Below, in pieces: positions 17,772-28,300 of a DNA stretch of 64,000 bases. The DNA is from Candidatus Cloacimonadales bacterium (GTDB lineage Bacteria > Cloacimonadota > Cloacimonadia > Cloacimonadales > JAIOQZ01), in contig OY771587.1 in assembly GCA_963674825.1 (NCBI GenBank), forward strand, positions 2,112,001-2,176,000, written 5' to 3'. Each line of letters opens with the position of its first letter. Position 1 is the first letter of the stretch. Below the pieces are notes generated by a model. The model worked only from the letters and a program-made list of their open reading frames with translations. It had not been told where the DNA came from and made no database searches. The translations under genes were made by a program, and so were the position numbers.

Positions 17772-19073
17772 TCATGAGAAAATCAATCCATAAGCAAATC
17801 CACTGATTGTCGCCATAACGATTACCAGCGACACAAACACGACGGTCTTTTTCGTACCCATCACGCTGCGAATTACCAGCATGTTTGGCAGACTCAGTGC
17901 CGGGCCGGCAAGCAGCAACGCCAGTGCGGGGCCTTTGTCCATACCGTTGCCGATCAGCCCTTGAAGAATGGGAACTTCGGTAAGTGTTGCGAAATACATG
18001 AACGCGCCGGCAAAGGATGCGAAGAAGTTTGCCATGAGGCTGTTTCCGCCAACCGCGCGATCGATCCATTCAGATGGGATCAACCCTTCTTTACCGACTC
18101 TTCCCAGAAGCAAACCCGCGACCAGGACGCCAAAGAGTAGCAACGGAAGGATTTGCTTCGCGAAATCCCAAGTCGATTCCAGCCACTCTTTCTCTTCATC
18201 CTTGCCCTGCATGAGAACAACGGAGAGTCCTATGATTCCAGCCGAGAACGCGAAAACGGGCTGCGACGGCAGGGCAAACGCCAGGATCGCTACCGGAATG
18301 GCTACCAGCAGCAGTTTCCACCATTTGACGTTGAACCACGCGGTGAGGATAACACCCAGTCCAGCGGAAAAGAGCGCTGTAACAAGCCATTTCATCTGGT
18401 AGATCGCGTGCCACACACCGGTGTCGTGCATCGGCTTACCCCAGTTTGCAAAGATCAGGATTCCGACGAGCGACAGGAAATAGAGTCCGTTCTGCCACAG
18501 CGTGCGGCCTTCGCCGTCATCCGGCATAGCAAGCTGAACCTGCTGACGCGCGGTCTCTTCCTTGCGGAAAATAAGCTGCATCATGACGCCGATTACGATA
18601 CTGAACACCACCGCGCCGATCGCCCGTGCGATACCGAGTTCGAGGCCCAGAATCCGGGCCGTCAGGATGATAGCCAGGACATTCACGGCAGGTCCCGCAT
18701 AGAGGAACGCCACCGCGGGACCGAGTCCGGCACCCATACGGTAAATTCCGCTGAACAATGGCAGTACTGTGCAGGAGCACACCGCCAGCACCGATCCCGA
18801 GACCGATGCCACCCCGTAAGCGACCACTTTCTTCGCCTGTCCGCCAAGGTATTTCATTACGGCCGACTGATTGACGAAAACTGCGATCGCACCTGCGATG
18901 AAGAACGCCGGGATCAGGCACAGGAGAACATGCTCGCGTGCATACCAGCGAACCAGGTGAAACGATTCCAGTACCGCGTTCTGAAAGCGCGAAGCGTCCA
19001 CCGGCATGAAATACGCCGCCAGGAAGATCGCCGCGATCAGAAGGAATACCTTCCACTCCTTCGACCAATCCAT
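17772..19073 (-). CDS. ArsP/DUF318-family permease
   Basis: Polytopic; LAVCSCTVLPLF, AGPAVN, YFATLTEVP, AGPALSLP motifs. Confidence 0.87.
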   Translation of the reverse strand: MDWSKEWKVFLLIAAIFLAAYFMPVDASRFQNAVLESFHLVRWYAREHVLLCLIPAFFIAGAIAVFVNQSAVMKYLGGQAKKVVAYGVASVSGSVLAVCSCTVLPLFSGIYRMGAGLGPAVAFLYAGPAVNVLAIILTARILGLELGIARAIGAVVFSIVIGVMMQLIFRKEETARQQVQLAMPDDGEGRTLWQNGLYFLSLVGILIFANWGKPMHDTGVWHAIYQMKWLVTALFSAGLGVILTAWFNVKWWKLLLVAIPVAILAFALPSQPVFAFSAGIIGLSVVLMQGKDEEKEWLESTWDFAKQILPLLLFGVLVAGLLLGRVGKEGLIPSEWIDRAVGGNSLMANFFASFAGAFMYFATLTEVPILQGLIGNGMDKGPALALLLAGPALSLPNMLVIRSVMGTKKTVVFVSLVIVMATISGFAYGLIFS

Positions 19074-19077
19074 AGTG

Positions 19078-19317
19078 CTACTCCGCTTTTTTGATCAGAT
19101 CGACGATTTTATCGACAGCGAGGGCTTTGCCGATGGAGACGACTTTCTCATTGATAACCAGCGCGGGGATAGTCATCACGCCGTAGGAGACGATTTTATC
19201 CAGGTCGGTCTCTTTGTTGACTTCGATGCCCAGTCCAAGCTGTTCAACCGCCTGGCGCGCGTTCTTCAAGAGGTTTTCGCACTTGACGCAGTTCGATCCT
19301 AAAACCTTGATATCCAT
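19078..19317 (-). CDS. Small redox-active disulfide protein (TM0996/MTH895, Thioredoxin_3 family)
   Basis: IKVLGSNCVKC...YGVMTIPALVIN. Confidence 0.88.
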   Translation of the reverse strand: MDIKVLGSNCVKCENLLKNARQAVEQLGLGIEVNKETDLDKIVSYGVMTIPALVINEKVVSIGKALAVDKIVDLIKKAE

Positions 19318-19328
19318 TTTAAACTCCT

Positions 19329-19643
19329 TTATAGTATATTGTTGTTTCGCTCAATGTTGCTGCGCAGAATGGACATGGCGGCCTCGAAATACCGGCGCAC
19401 GCAGTCGCACTGAATCCGGTAGTACACACAATTGCCTTCACGCTCGTCGAGCAGCAGCCCACTGGCCTTCATCTGCTGTAAATGGCGCGAGATGGTGCTT
19501 ATATCGTTTGGCAGCATGTCCGCCAGTTCCTTAACGCAATATCGTTCGTTCATCAGCGCTTGCAGGATGAACAGCCGCACGGGATGCGCGGTTGCCCTGA
19601 TTATCGCAGCGAGCTGATCGAACTTGTTTCGTTCGTATTCCAT
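19329..19643 (-). CDS. arsR: ArsR/SmtB-family transcriptional repressor
   Basis: Start at MEYERN (AAGGAG RBS). AHPVRLFIL, CVKEL, STISRHL, REGNCVYY. Confidence 0.87.
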   Translation of the reverse strand: MEYERNKFDQLAAIIRATAHPVRLFILQALMNERYCVKELADMLPNDISTISRHLQQMKASGLLLDEREGNCVYYRIQCDCVRRYFEAAMSILRSNIERNNNIL

Positions 19644-19656
19644 AGAATCTCCTTGT

Positions 19657-19692
19657 GTGTTTGCGGTATTTCGCAAACACGAAATATGTCAA
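19657..19692 (-). promoter_or_regulatory. Putative ArsR operator overlapping a sigma-70 promoter
   Basis: GTGTTTGCG-N6-CGCAAACAC (19657-19680) and overlapping TATTTCG-N6-CGAAATA (19667-19686), next to minus-strand TTGACA (19687-19692). Confidence 0.6.
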
Positions 19693-19850
19693 GGAGTTTT
19701 TTGCTTTCCGTTTTTATTGCTGCGACCACTCGCATGTTGAGCATATCTCATTTATTGTCGAAAAAAGACTTCATGGTTTCAAATAAATTAATTTGACAAT
19801 AATATAATCGTTTTGTACTTTTATGAAAAGTAAGCAAAGGGGGGATTTCA

Positions 19851-20258
19851 ATGGTGGCAGATTTTTCAGCTTGGTACAATGAGGCAAGAATGATGAACTT
19901 CGAAGTTCCTTACGCGAAGAAGTACTATTTGAATGCCGTTGAGGATAAACTGAATAAAATGATTCGGGATGAAGCCAATAAAGAAGAACTTGGCGATTTC
20001 TCAATAACCAACGTCTGGACAGAATTCGTAAAAAGTCGTAAAGTATTCAAAATTGATGGATTCGAAATTGATGACAAGAAAAATAACTACTTCACCAGTA
20101 TAAGCAGTATAATAAAGATGCTTAAGGATGAATCCGATCCCAAGAAGAAGCACATTTATACCGCTTCTGAAGGCACTTTTCTTTCTGCTGAGAACCCCGA
20201 AATACTTCGAGCAATAGCTAAAGGTGCCCAAAAAGCCAGAGAGTGGGCAATATGGTAA
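19851..20258 (+). CDS. Hypothetical protein, 135 aa, AT-rich
   Basis: ORF with a G-rich RBS and upstream TTGACA; no family recognised. Confidence 0.6.
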   Translation: MVADFSAWYNEARMMNFEVPYAKKYYLNAVEDKLNKMIRDEANKEELGDFSITNVWTEFVKSRKVFKIDGFEIDDKKNNYFTSISSIIKMLKDESDPKKKHIYTASEGTFLSAENPEILRAIAKGAQKAREWAIW

Positions 20259-20388
20259 GATAGCTTATCATTATCTGAGCCACTAATCACAAGCTCTCGC
20301 GCACAATATTCAAACATTGCTCCATTCAACAATTTCCTTGACGCATCGTAATCAAAAACGTTTTTCAAGAAAAAACTGGGAATTGTGA

Positions 20389-21141
20389 ATGGAACAGACG
20401 ATTATCACCTGCATGAACTGCGGAAACCAGTATGAAGGAGACTACTGCCCTTCGTGCGGACAGCCGGCTTCGACCGGGAAATTCACCTGGAAATCCTTGC
20501 TTCTTTCCTTTCTGCATGCGTGGGACTTCGAGAGCGGCTTTCTCTACGTTTTTCGCGAACTCTGGCTCCATCCCCGGCAACTGATACGCGGTTACCTCGA
20601 CGGCAAACGGGTGAATGTATATCCGCCGATCAAGTACATGCTGATATCGATCGCCATCACCACAGCCCTGCACTATTTTTACAAGCCTGAAGACCTCGGC
20701 ATGAGACAAATCATGATCGATGGCGTGGAACACAACATCGACATGTGGACCTCCACAAACCTGTCTATCTTCCACTTCCTTATGTTGCCATTCTATGCAC
20801 TTTCAACGAGGCTTTTCTTCAAAAACTGGAAGCTGACGTTACCCGAACATATCGTGCTGAACATGTTCGCGTTCGGGCAAATGAACTGCCTGGAGTTCCT
20901 TGTATTGGTGATCTTCTACTGGGTGCCTAATATCGTGGTCTACAGCACACTTTTATCGATGGTTATTCCGACCTATCTATACTTCATGATGAGCAAGCCA
21001 AGAACAGCCGGCTCGTTGTTCAAGTCAATCGCTGCCAGCGTTACCGCTATGTTCACGTTCCTGATACTTATCATGATTCTGAGCTTCTTGTACATGGTGC
21101 TATCGCATGGTGGACTCGCTGTCGCACCTACTGCATCCTGA
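20389..21141 (+). CDS. DUF3667-like membrane protein with N-terminal zinc ribbon
   Basis: CMNCG...YCPSCGQ, LWLHP...YLDGKR...PP, followed by TM helices. Confidence 0.8.
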   Translation: MEQTIITCMNCGNQYEGDYCPSCGQPASTGKFTWKSLLLSFLHAWDFESGFLYVFRELWLHPRQLIRGYLDGKRVNVYPPIKYMLISIAITTALHYFYKPEDLGMRQIMIDGVEHNIDMWTSTNLSIFHFLMLPFYALSTRLFFKNWKLTLPEHIVLNMFAFGQMNCLEFLVLVIFYWVPNIVVYSTLLSMVIPTYLYFMMSKPRTAGSLFKSIAASVTAMFTFLILIMILSFLYMVLSHGGLAVAPTAS

Positions 21142-21150
21142 TCGTGGGCG

Positions 21151-21906
21151 TTGAGATTGAATACTGTAATCTGGCTATGGTTTTTTGGAGTCCTGGGCAT
21201 GCAAATCATACCCTGGACAATATCGGGGATTGCCGGGCTATTTCAGCAGATCCCGGAGCAATTACCGCCGGTTGATCTCAAGAAGCGCCGCTTCGCGAGG
21301 TTCTTTCGCGAATTGATGCAGAACCAGGTGTCGATTCTCCTCATCGTACCCGCTGGGGTTCTGCTGCTTAATGGTCAACAGGATTATGGGCTGATCCCAT
21401 CCATGGCTTGCTATTGGTATCCAGTCGCGTTCATGGCTGGCGTGTTGCTGCTTGGCGTGGGTATGGGCACGAGCACCCTGACGACTCGGCTCATGCAGCG
21501 CTACATCCCGGGGCAGCTTGAACACGACTACCGACAATATGTTTTCAACATGCAGGAAATTAGCGCCAAGAATACAATGCAGAGTATCCTTCTGGGTCTT
21601 TGTAACGGCTTTTCCGAAGAGATGATCATGCGGGTGTTCCTGATGGGATTCTTGATCAACTACTTGCATGTTTCGCCGATATGGGCTTTTATCCTATCTG
21701 TTTCGCTCAACGGTCTGCATCACACGCATCAGGGCAGGATCATGGGCGTAGTATCGGTCATCGTGATCCAATCCTTATACGCCGGGGCGTATCTTATCTG
21801 GAACGACTTCCTGTTTATTGGTATCATGCACGTAGGCACGGACATCTCAGGCCTGATTCTCGCGAAGATACTGCAACAGAGGCAAGCCGAATCTACAGAA
21901 GAATAA
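21151..21906 (+). CDS. CPBP/Abi (CAAX type II) intramembrane protease
   Basis: EEMIMR, GLHH and IMH...D motifs in a hydrophobic protein; start uncertain. Confidence 0.75.
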   Translation: MRLNTVIWLWFFGVLGMQIIPWTISGIAGLFQQIPEQLPPVDLKKRRFARFFRELMQNQVSILLIVPAGVLLLNGQQDYGLIPSMACYWYPVAFMAGVLLLGVGMGTSTLTTRLMQRYIPGQLEHDYRQYVFNMQEISAKNTMQSILLGLCNGFSEEMIMRVFLMGFLINYLHVSPIWAFILSVSLNGLHHTHQGRIMGVVSVIVIQSLYAGAYLIWNDFLFIGIMHVGTDISGLILAKILQQRQAESTEE

Positions 21907-22768
21907 TCATCGTGGCACCGGCGATGAGGATCGCCGTGGCGATTGCCTTGCGAAGTAAAAAATGCTCCCGAAAATACTGACCGCCTATTACCACCGCAAT
22001 AAACACCGAAATACGTTTCAACGCCAGCGTTAGCGCGACGGATCCCGCCTTGATGGACAGAATCTGCGTGTAGCGATAAACGATCGTGAAGATGGAAACG
22101 AGCAGAATCGGTTTCCAGGAACGAATCAGGGTGACGCGAAGCGGAGCGAGGCTTTTATGCGTGATGAGCGTGAGGACCAGGAAGTTGAATCCCAGGAAAA
22201 TATGCTGGAAATAGAGCATCGTATAGGGCTGCAACTTGAAGCCCTTCAGCAACCATTTATCGAGCAGCGAGGTAAGGGTGAAGATAAACAGGGCACCGAG
22301 CAGGAAGCGATGCGCTCTTGATTTGCCCATGCTCAGGAAAGGTTCGAGCAGGTTCTTGCGGTGGCCCATCTGTAGGACGTAGGTTCCCGCGAGTAGCAGC
22401 AGCATGCCGGCTACCTGCAAGCCAGTGAGTGATTCTCCGAGTAGCAGGAAAGCGAAGATGGCGACCAGTCCGGGGGTAAGCACCAGGATTGGTAGTGCGC
22501 CGCTGAGCTCTATGCTTTTTAGTCCCTTCATGATGAACAGAAACGCGGTCATACCGAGGATGGATTTACCGTAGAGTACTGCCAAAGCCGGGTAGGAGAG
22601 ATTAGCGAAATCGATGGAGAAGATGAACGGCGTGCTCAGGACGATGTTGAAAATCGCGAGCGTAGCGGAAAAATCCAACGCCTCCTCTTTCAGGAGCGAT
22701 TTCTTTTCGAAGATCGCGGCTCCAGCGGAAAACACCGCGGAGATCAAAGCAAGTAGCTGCCACTGCAT
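21893..22768 (-). CDS. EamA/DMT-family transporter
   Basis: About 10 TM helices in two repeats, LLGESL and FRE motifs. Confidence 0.85.
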   Translation of the reverse strand: MQWQLLALISAVFSAGAAIFEKKSLLKEEALDFSATLAIFNIVLSTPFIFSIDFANLSYPALAVLYGKSILGMTAFLFIMKGLKSIELSGALPILVLTPGLVAIFAFLLLGESLTGLQVAGMLLLLAGTYVLQMGHRKNLLEPFLSMGKSRAHRFLLGALFIFTLTSLLDKWLLKGFKLQPYTMLYFQHIFLGFNFLVLTLITHKSLAPLRVTLIRSWKPILLVSIFTIVYRYTQILSIKAGSVALTLALKRISVFIAVVIGGQYFREHFLLRKAIATAILIAGATMIILL

Positions 22769-22908
22769 AAGGTTACCTTTCTACTATAAGTTAGGGCAAG
22801 ATATAAAACACCGGAATCCGCAATGTGTGGCAAGGATAATTCTTCTGGGGCGATAGCGGAAAAAAAACGCCGGTGATTGCTCGCCGGCGTTATCATTGTG
22901 CAGGAAGG

Positions 22909-23247
22909 CTATATCGAGGCGTGAATTTTATCCAGCAGGGATTTGCTGTCTGGAACGAATTCGAAGAATTTTTGAATCTTCTCACAACCGTAATCATCAC
23001 AGTACGCGCAGTTCTCCACTTCACGCTCAATGGCGCAGAGTCTGATCTCGCAGACTTTGCAATGGCTGAAGAGGTCACCGGTTGCCAGGCAGCCACGGCA
23101 GTTGATATCTTCCGGTTTGATCTCAGCGCCATAGAGCCTGGACCATTCCTCCGAAACATGTTTTCTCAGTTCGTTATCGTTTGCGAGCGTAGCCTTGTAA
23201 GCTCCGCAATCGGTGCAGATCAAGCCGCATTTTGCAATCATTTCCAT
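22909..23247 (-). CDS. DUF3795-like cysteine-rich protein
   Basis: CGLICTDC...CRGC...CKVCEIRLC...NCAYC. Confidence 0.8.
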   Translation of the reverse strand: MEMIAKCGLICTDCGAYKATLANDNELRKHVSEEWSRLYGAEIKPEDINCRGCLATGDLFSHCKVCEIRLCAIEREVENCAYCDDYGCEKIQKFFEFVPDSKSLLDKIHASI

Positions 23248-23259
23248 GGTATGTCTCCG

Positions 23260-24174
23260 TTATCCGTTTATTTCATTGAGGATTCGATTCAGTACGATTC
23301 CTGCTTCACCCGCCATCACCTGGCAGGTTCCCACTCTGGGATGACCGCCACCACCGAACTGAAGTAGCATCGAGCCGACATTGATTGTCGAAGATCGATT
23401 GATGGTACTGTGTCCCACCGAGATCATCACGCGCTGACGATCTCTCGAGTCGATCAACCTGACGGAAATGTTCTGTTCCGGGAAGAGGACGTACTCGATA
23501 AAGCGATTGCCAGTGGGAAGATCGTGCATTCCGCGAAAATCGAGGATGATGGCATCGCCTTCAGTGCGTGCATGTTTGCGCAGGAAGGTTTTGTATTCTT
23601 CGATCTGTTCTTTATAAACATCGATGCGCTCGAGGAAATCGGGAGACCCCATGATCTCTTCGATTGTTTGATGACGCAATCTGGAGGGCAGCGATTTCAT
23701 GAGATCGAAATTACTGATACGGAATGTACGCTGGTAACCGAATCCAGTTCGAGGATCCGCGATAAAAGCCAGCATCATCCAGTCTTTTGGATCAAGGATG
23801 TCTTCGCGGGTATAGTTACCGCCATCGGCTTTATCAACGGCTGTTATCATTTCGCTGAAGCGTTCCAGTTTGTCCCGGTGCTTGGGCATGAAGTAGTCGA
23901 AAATTACGCGTGCGCAGCTTTCTTTGGGTTCGCTAGCGCCGTCGAAATCAAAATCGATTCGCTGGCGTTCGTGCTCGCTCAGGTGATGGTCGAACCACAT
24001 GCCGCAACCCTTGGCGTAGGGAACGTTGGCGAGGATGTCGTTACGTGTTACATCGATTTTTCCATCCTGAATGTCTTTGGGATGCGTGTAAAAAATCTCG
24101 TCGATCAAGCCGAGTTCTTCAAGCAGGGCGGCGCAGGCGAGTCCATCGAAATCGGAACGTGTGATCAGTCTCAT
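23260..24174 (-). CDS. DHH-family phosphoesterase (exopolyphosphatase-like)
   Basis: RLITRSDFDG, FDHH, GGGGH motifs. Confidence 0.85.
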   Translation of the reverse strand: MRLITRSDFDGLACAALLEELGLIDEIFYTHPKDIQDGKIDVTRNDILANVPYAKGCGMWFDHHLSEHERQRIDFDFDGASEPKESCARVIFDYFMPKHRDKLERFSEMITAVDKADGGNYTREDILDPKDWMMLAFIADPRTGFGYQRTFRISNFDLMKSLPSRLRHQTIEEIMGSPDFLERIDVYKEQIEEYKTFLRKHARTEGDAIILDFRGMHDLPTGNRFIEYVLFPEQNISVRLIDSRDRQRVMISVGHSTINRSSTINVGSMLLQFGGGGHPRVGTCQVMAGEAGIVLNRILNEING

Positions 24175-24344
24175 GCTTCCTCCAAACAGATTATTCCATA
24201 GCCTGAATTCTGCTCATCATGGAGGATTCGTCCAGAAAAAAATTATAACGTAATAAAGAAATCCCGTTATGCATCGAAAAAGGTTGATTGACAGAATGTA
24301 ATCCCGAGGGATACTTCGCTTGAAAACAGCCGTGGGAGGAATCA

Positions 24345-25226
24345 ATGATTATCAGAGATAAACGGCAAGCGATCATACTATCGCTGCTTCTATTTGTGCC
24401 GATGCTTTATGCTCAATCGAAAGGTTTTTTCTGGGAAGTGAAATCGAAAACTGCCACAGTCTATCTGTTGGGTTCGATTCACGTGGCAAACGAGGGATTC
24501 TACCCGATGCCGGATAAAATCGAGAACGCGTTCGCGAATTCGGACAGCCTTGTTGTCGAAGCCGATCTGGACAGTGCGAATCAGAGCTTGATCCAGCAGG
24601 AGATGATCACGATGGCGACCTATCCCTATGGCGAGACAATCAAAGATCATATCTCCTATGAGACGCTTGGTTTGCTGAAGGCCCGTTTTGAGGAATACGG
24701 AATGAACCTTGCCGCCATGCAGATTTATAAGCCGTGGATGGTCTCCATGACAATCCAGATGAACGAAATCGCAAAGGCAGGTTTCACCGCCGATCATGGG
24801 ATCGATCAATACTTCATGAACCGGGCACGTCGTGAGGGAAAGGGTATTGTTGAGCTGGAGGGTTTGATCTATCAGCTCAAGCTATTCAATTCATTCTCCG
24901 ATTCCTTGCAGGAGCTCAGCTTAATCGACGCACTCACCAACCAGACGGAGGTTTATAAAGAAATAGACCGAATACTTGATGCTTGGAAAGCCGGTGATGT
25001 CGGTGTTTTGCAGGAGTTCTTCCTCAAAGATATGGACGAGCCGGAGATGAAGCCGCTTTACGAGGCTGTTCTCTATGGTCGCCACCCGGGAATGGTTGAG
25101 AAGCTGGAACGCTTTCTGAAGACCGACAAGACCTATTTCGTGGTCGTGGGTGCAGGTCATATGATCGGAGAACGCGGGTTGGTTCAGATGCTCAAGGATA
25201 AAGGCTACGAAGTCAATCGCAGATAG
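24345..25226 (+). CDS. TraB/GumN (Tiki-like) family exported protein
   Basis: Signal peptide, VYLLGSIH, GID, ELE, FVVVGAGH. Confidence 0.88.
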   Translation: MIIRDKRQAIILSLLLFVPMLYAQSKGFFWEVKSKTATVYLLGSIHVANEGFYPMPDKIENAFANSDSLVVEADLDSANQSLIQQEMITMATYPYGETIKDHISYETLGLLKARFEEYGMNLAAMQIYKPWMVSMTIQMNEIAKAGFTADHGIDQYFMNRARREGKGIVELEGLIYQLKLFNSFSDSLQELSLIDALTNQTEVYKEIDRILDAWKAGDVGVLQEFFLKDMDEPEMKPLYEAVLYGRHPGMVEKLERFLKTDKTYFVVVGAGHMIGERGLVQMLKDKGYEVNRR

Positions 25227-25271
25227 TTATGCCTGCGATCCAAGAGAAGGTAATCCAACGACATAATTAAA

Positions 25272-25303
25272 GCCGCCCCTCGTTCGAAGGGCGGCAATTT
25301 TTT
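25272..25303. terminator. Intrinsic terminator between convergent genes
   Basis: GCCGCCC...GGGCGGC stem followed by a T tract. Confidence 0.6.
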
Positions 25304-25328
25304 CAGACTCCCGTCTCCAGGATTCTGA

Positions 25329-28300
25329 CTACTTAATCATAATCGCACGTTTGACCAGCTTCTGGCCTTCGGATTCCATCACGAACAGATATACACCTGA
25401 ACCAGCGTTCTTGCCGTTATCTGTGTCACCGTGCCAGGTCATGTTGTGATATCCACCGTCGAGTACTTCGTTAGCGAGCCGCTTCACGCGCTGACCGCGG
25501 ATGTTGTACACATCGATCGAAACATGGCTGCGGTTCGGGATAGAGAAGCGGATATTGGCATCCGGATTGAACGGATTAGGATAGATCGAATCGATCGTGG
25601 GAAGGCTCGGCGCATTGCCGGGCTGTTCATCGCCAATCTCGTTATAGAATTCCACAAAGACCAGGTTCTGGAACATCTCGTAGATGAACAGCACTTCGGT
25701 GTTGTCCTGTGTGATGTTGAGCTGAAGATTGCCGGATGTGCTCTGATCCCAGTTATTGTTGAGCACGATCTTGAATTCGTAATTACCCTGCGGTATCGCG
25801 ATCTTGCGTGAGAATTGTCCATCTCCTGCATTCTGATCACCGTCTGTTCCATCATCGTTCAGGTAGGTGAGAGTAGTGGCCTGATCCCAGTCGGTTCCAC
25901 CGATCTCAGATAGGAAATCACCCACGACGCAGGGAGGATTCAAACTGTGACAGACGTATTCGTCGCCAGATTTTTCTTCCGGCATCAGGCCGCAGTTTGC
26001 CCAGAAAGTAACGACCGTCTCTTCATCGAGTGTGAAGGTCTGGTTCTCGCCAGGCCAGTCGTTATCGTTCCACTCGTCGGTCTCGATGACCTTATACTCG
26101 TACGTACCAGCAGGGAGCAGCGCAGATAATGACCACATACCATTGGCTGGTACCAGATCGAAGTAGTGATCGTCCGGTGTCCAGCTGTTCATGGTTCCCA
26201 CCAGATGCGGTTTGATCATGGTAGTGAATACAGCCTCGTTATCGCCGGTCTGAATGGTGTTTCCGTTCATGTCTTCCACGCCTGTAACCACTACGTGGCC
26301 GGTTTCGGTATCCAGCAGCGGCCCATCGACCGTAAGGATGACCTTGCGGTTGTGGGTCAGCATGGCATCAAGGATCTCGAAATCCGAGCTGAAGCCTTCA
26401 AGCGCGTAGTTTTCGATATTTTCGGCAGTTGCCTGGTTTACGTCTTCGCTGAAGATTATATTGAGCTGGTTATAGAACGCGTAGTAGGCAGCTCCGTTCA
26501 CGATGGTCGGTGTGATATCGTCACCAAGTTGGTCCGCGAGATCGTCCAGTTCAACAACCTTGTTGTAGTAGTCGTCGTACGGATCGGAAGTGTAACCGGC
26601 GTAAAGCAGGAAGCGGAATGTTCCGCCGCCTACGATCTCGTCACCCATGACCAGCGTACCTTCGAAGGTACCATTGTGTGAACCACCGGCAGAACCCAGT
26701 ACGTAGGCCGCGGTTGCGCCGGTTGCGCTGTTGCGACGTCCCGCGTATGCGCCGTTATCGCCCCACATGCGCTGAAGATGTGATTTTCCCGACCAGATCA
26801 GGTCAAGGAGATCTGGGGTCCAGCCGGATTTGACGTAGACATCGCCAGAGGCGACGCTGTAGGTCACATCGAGGTAATCGGTACCGGTCTGAAGAACGCA
26901 GGTGCGCGATACATCTTCGTGGCTGAATTCGACGATCAATTCGTCTCCGCTGCCCTGTACGATGTTCATATCGTAGATGCTGTGCTGATAATTCGGCGAA
27001 ACATCCGAGAATGCTGCAACGTGATTGCTTGAACCTTCGTTATAGTCACCGTCCGTCTCTGAGTAATATACGACATCGGAGCCGACAATCGAGCAAATGT
27101 TGCCGGTATTGTTTTTAGCGTACATCCACTGCGCGCGTCCGCCGATTGATTCGAAGACGACGAAGATCTTGTCGTTGTGCATGACCAGCTCGTCCACGCC
27201 GTCGCGATCGATATCGGAGAAATAAGCAGCGGTTGTTTCCTGGTAGTCTCCATTTGCCCAGCGTGCGGCTTCGGCATAGACGTTCGCGTTTTTCATATGC
27301 GCGGAGTAGCGGTGTTCCCAGTCCGCGATTTCCCCGCTGGTATGCCATGCGGTTTCATGCAGATTGATCATCAAAACATACCATGCGAGTTGTGAGAGTC
27401 CATTGTCGGGTGCGGACATGATGTTCTCCCAGGCGTTGTTCCATACGTAACCATAAGTCCAGGGAGTATCGTGGTAATCTGAGTGGGAAGCTGTTCCAGC
27501 CCAGTTTGTATACCAGGAATTATTACTTCCGCCGTAGCCGTCACCACCGCCGCAAAGGCCGTAGGTTCCGGGGGTGATATCGATTCCGGTTCCATTGAAA
27601 TCAGCGTTGTTGATAGCGGAATCGAGCGCCCAGACGTTCACGGCCGGGTAGTTGTCATTGCAATACCAGAGCACGCTTTCGTAGTTGTCGAGGAAAAAGC
27701 TGTCGTGGTGCTCGTTCATCTCGGCTGCCACTTCCCAGTCGGTACCGTAAGTGCAGATGTTATATTGGCCTGTACTGTTGATGTAATTCATGGCACCGCT
27801 GGCGTCGTAGTGCATGTAGCCGACGAACGAGTTATCGATCGGGATGGCGCGCAAAACGATGCCCTGATCGTTGTTCATCCAGTGGATCTTTTTATTGTCG
27901 CCAGTCCATAGGTGTGGATTGTCGTCGAGGATCACGGCGTTGATGCCGTGCTGGGTCCAGTTGTCACCGAGCCAGTCGATAACGCCGGCTTCAGGGTATT
28001 GTCCCGGGTTGAGCCAGACGCGTTCCGGCACCCAGGCAACGTGGGGTTCGTAACCGTAGCGGTAGGCGACCATATCGCTTTCGACGGACACGGACCAGTT
28101 ATTCATATCGTTCTGGACAAAAGGCATGATGTGTTGACCAAGCGCGGATGACAGCATGGCGCAATAGCCGTCCTGCACACCGCTGGCAAGCCAATCGTTA
28201 AATTCAGGATTGTGCCAGGCTGCTGCCGGCATGAGGGTGCCGGACATATGGAAGTTACCGGGGATACCAGTTGCCTGATGCACTTCGAGCACCTCATCGA

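Noticed and set aside
15882..19643. Selenocysteine read-through in the redox/ars genes
   Set aside because: The redox motifs are encoded as Cys within intact ORFs; no in-frame TGA at a catalytic position was seen.
19740..24200. Integron cassette array of small genes
   Set aside because: Mixed orientations, no recognisable attC sites and no integrase.
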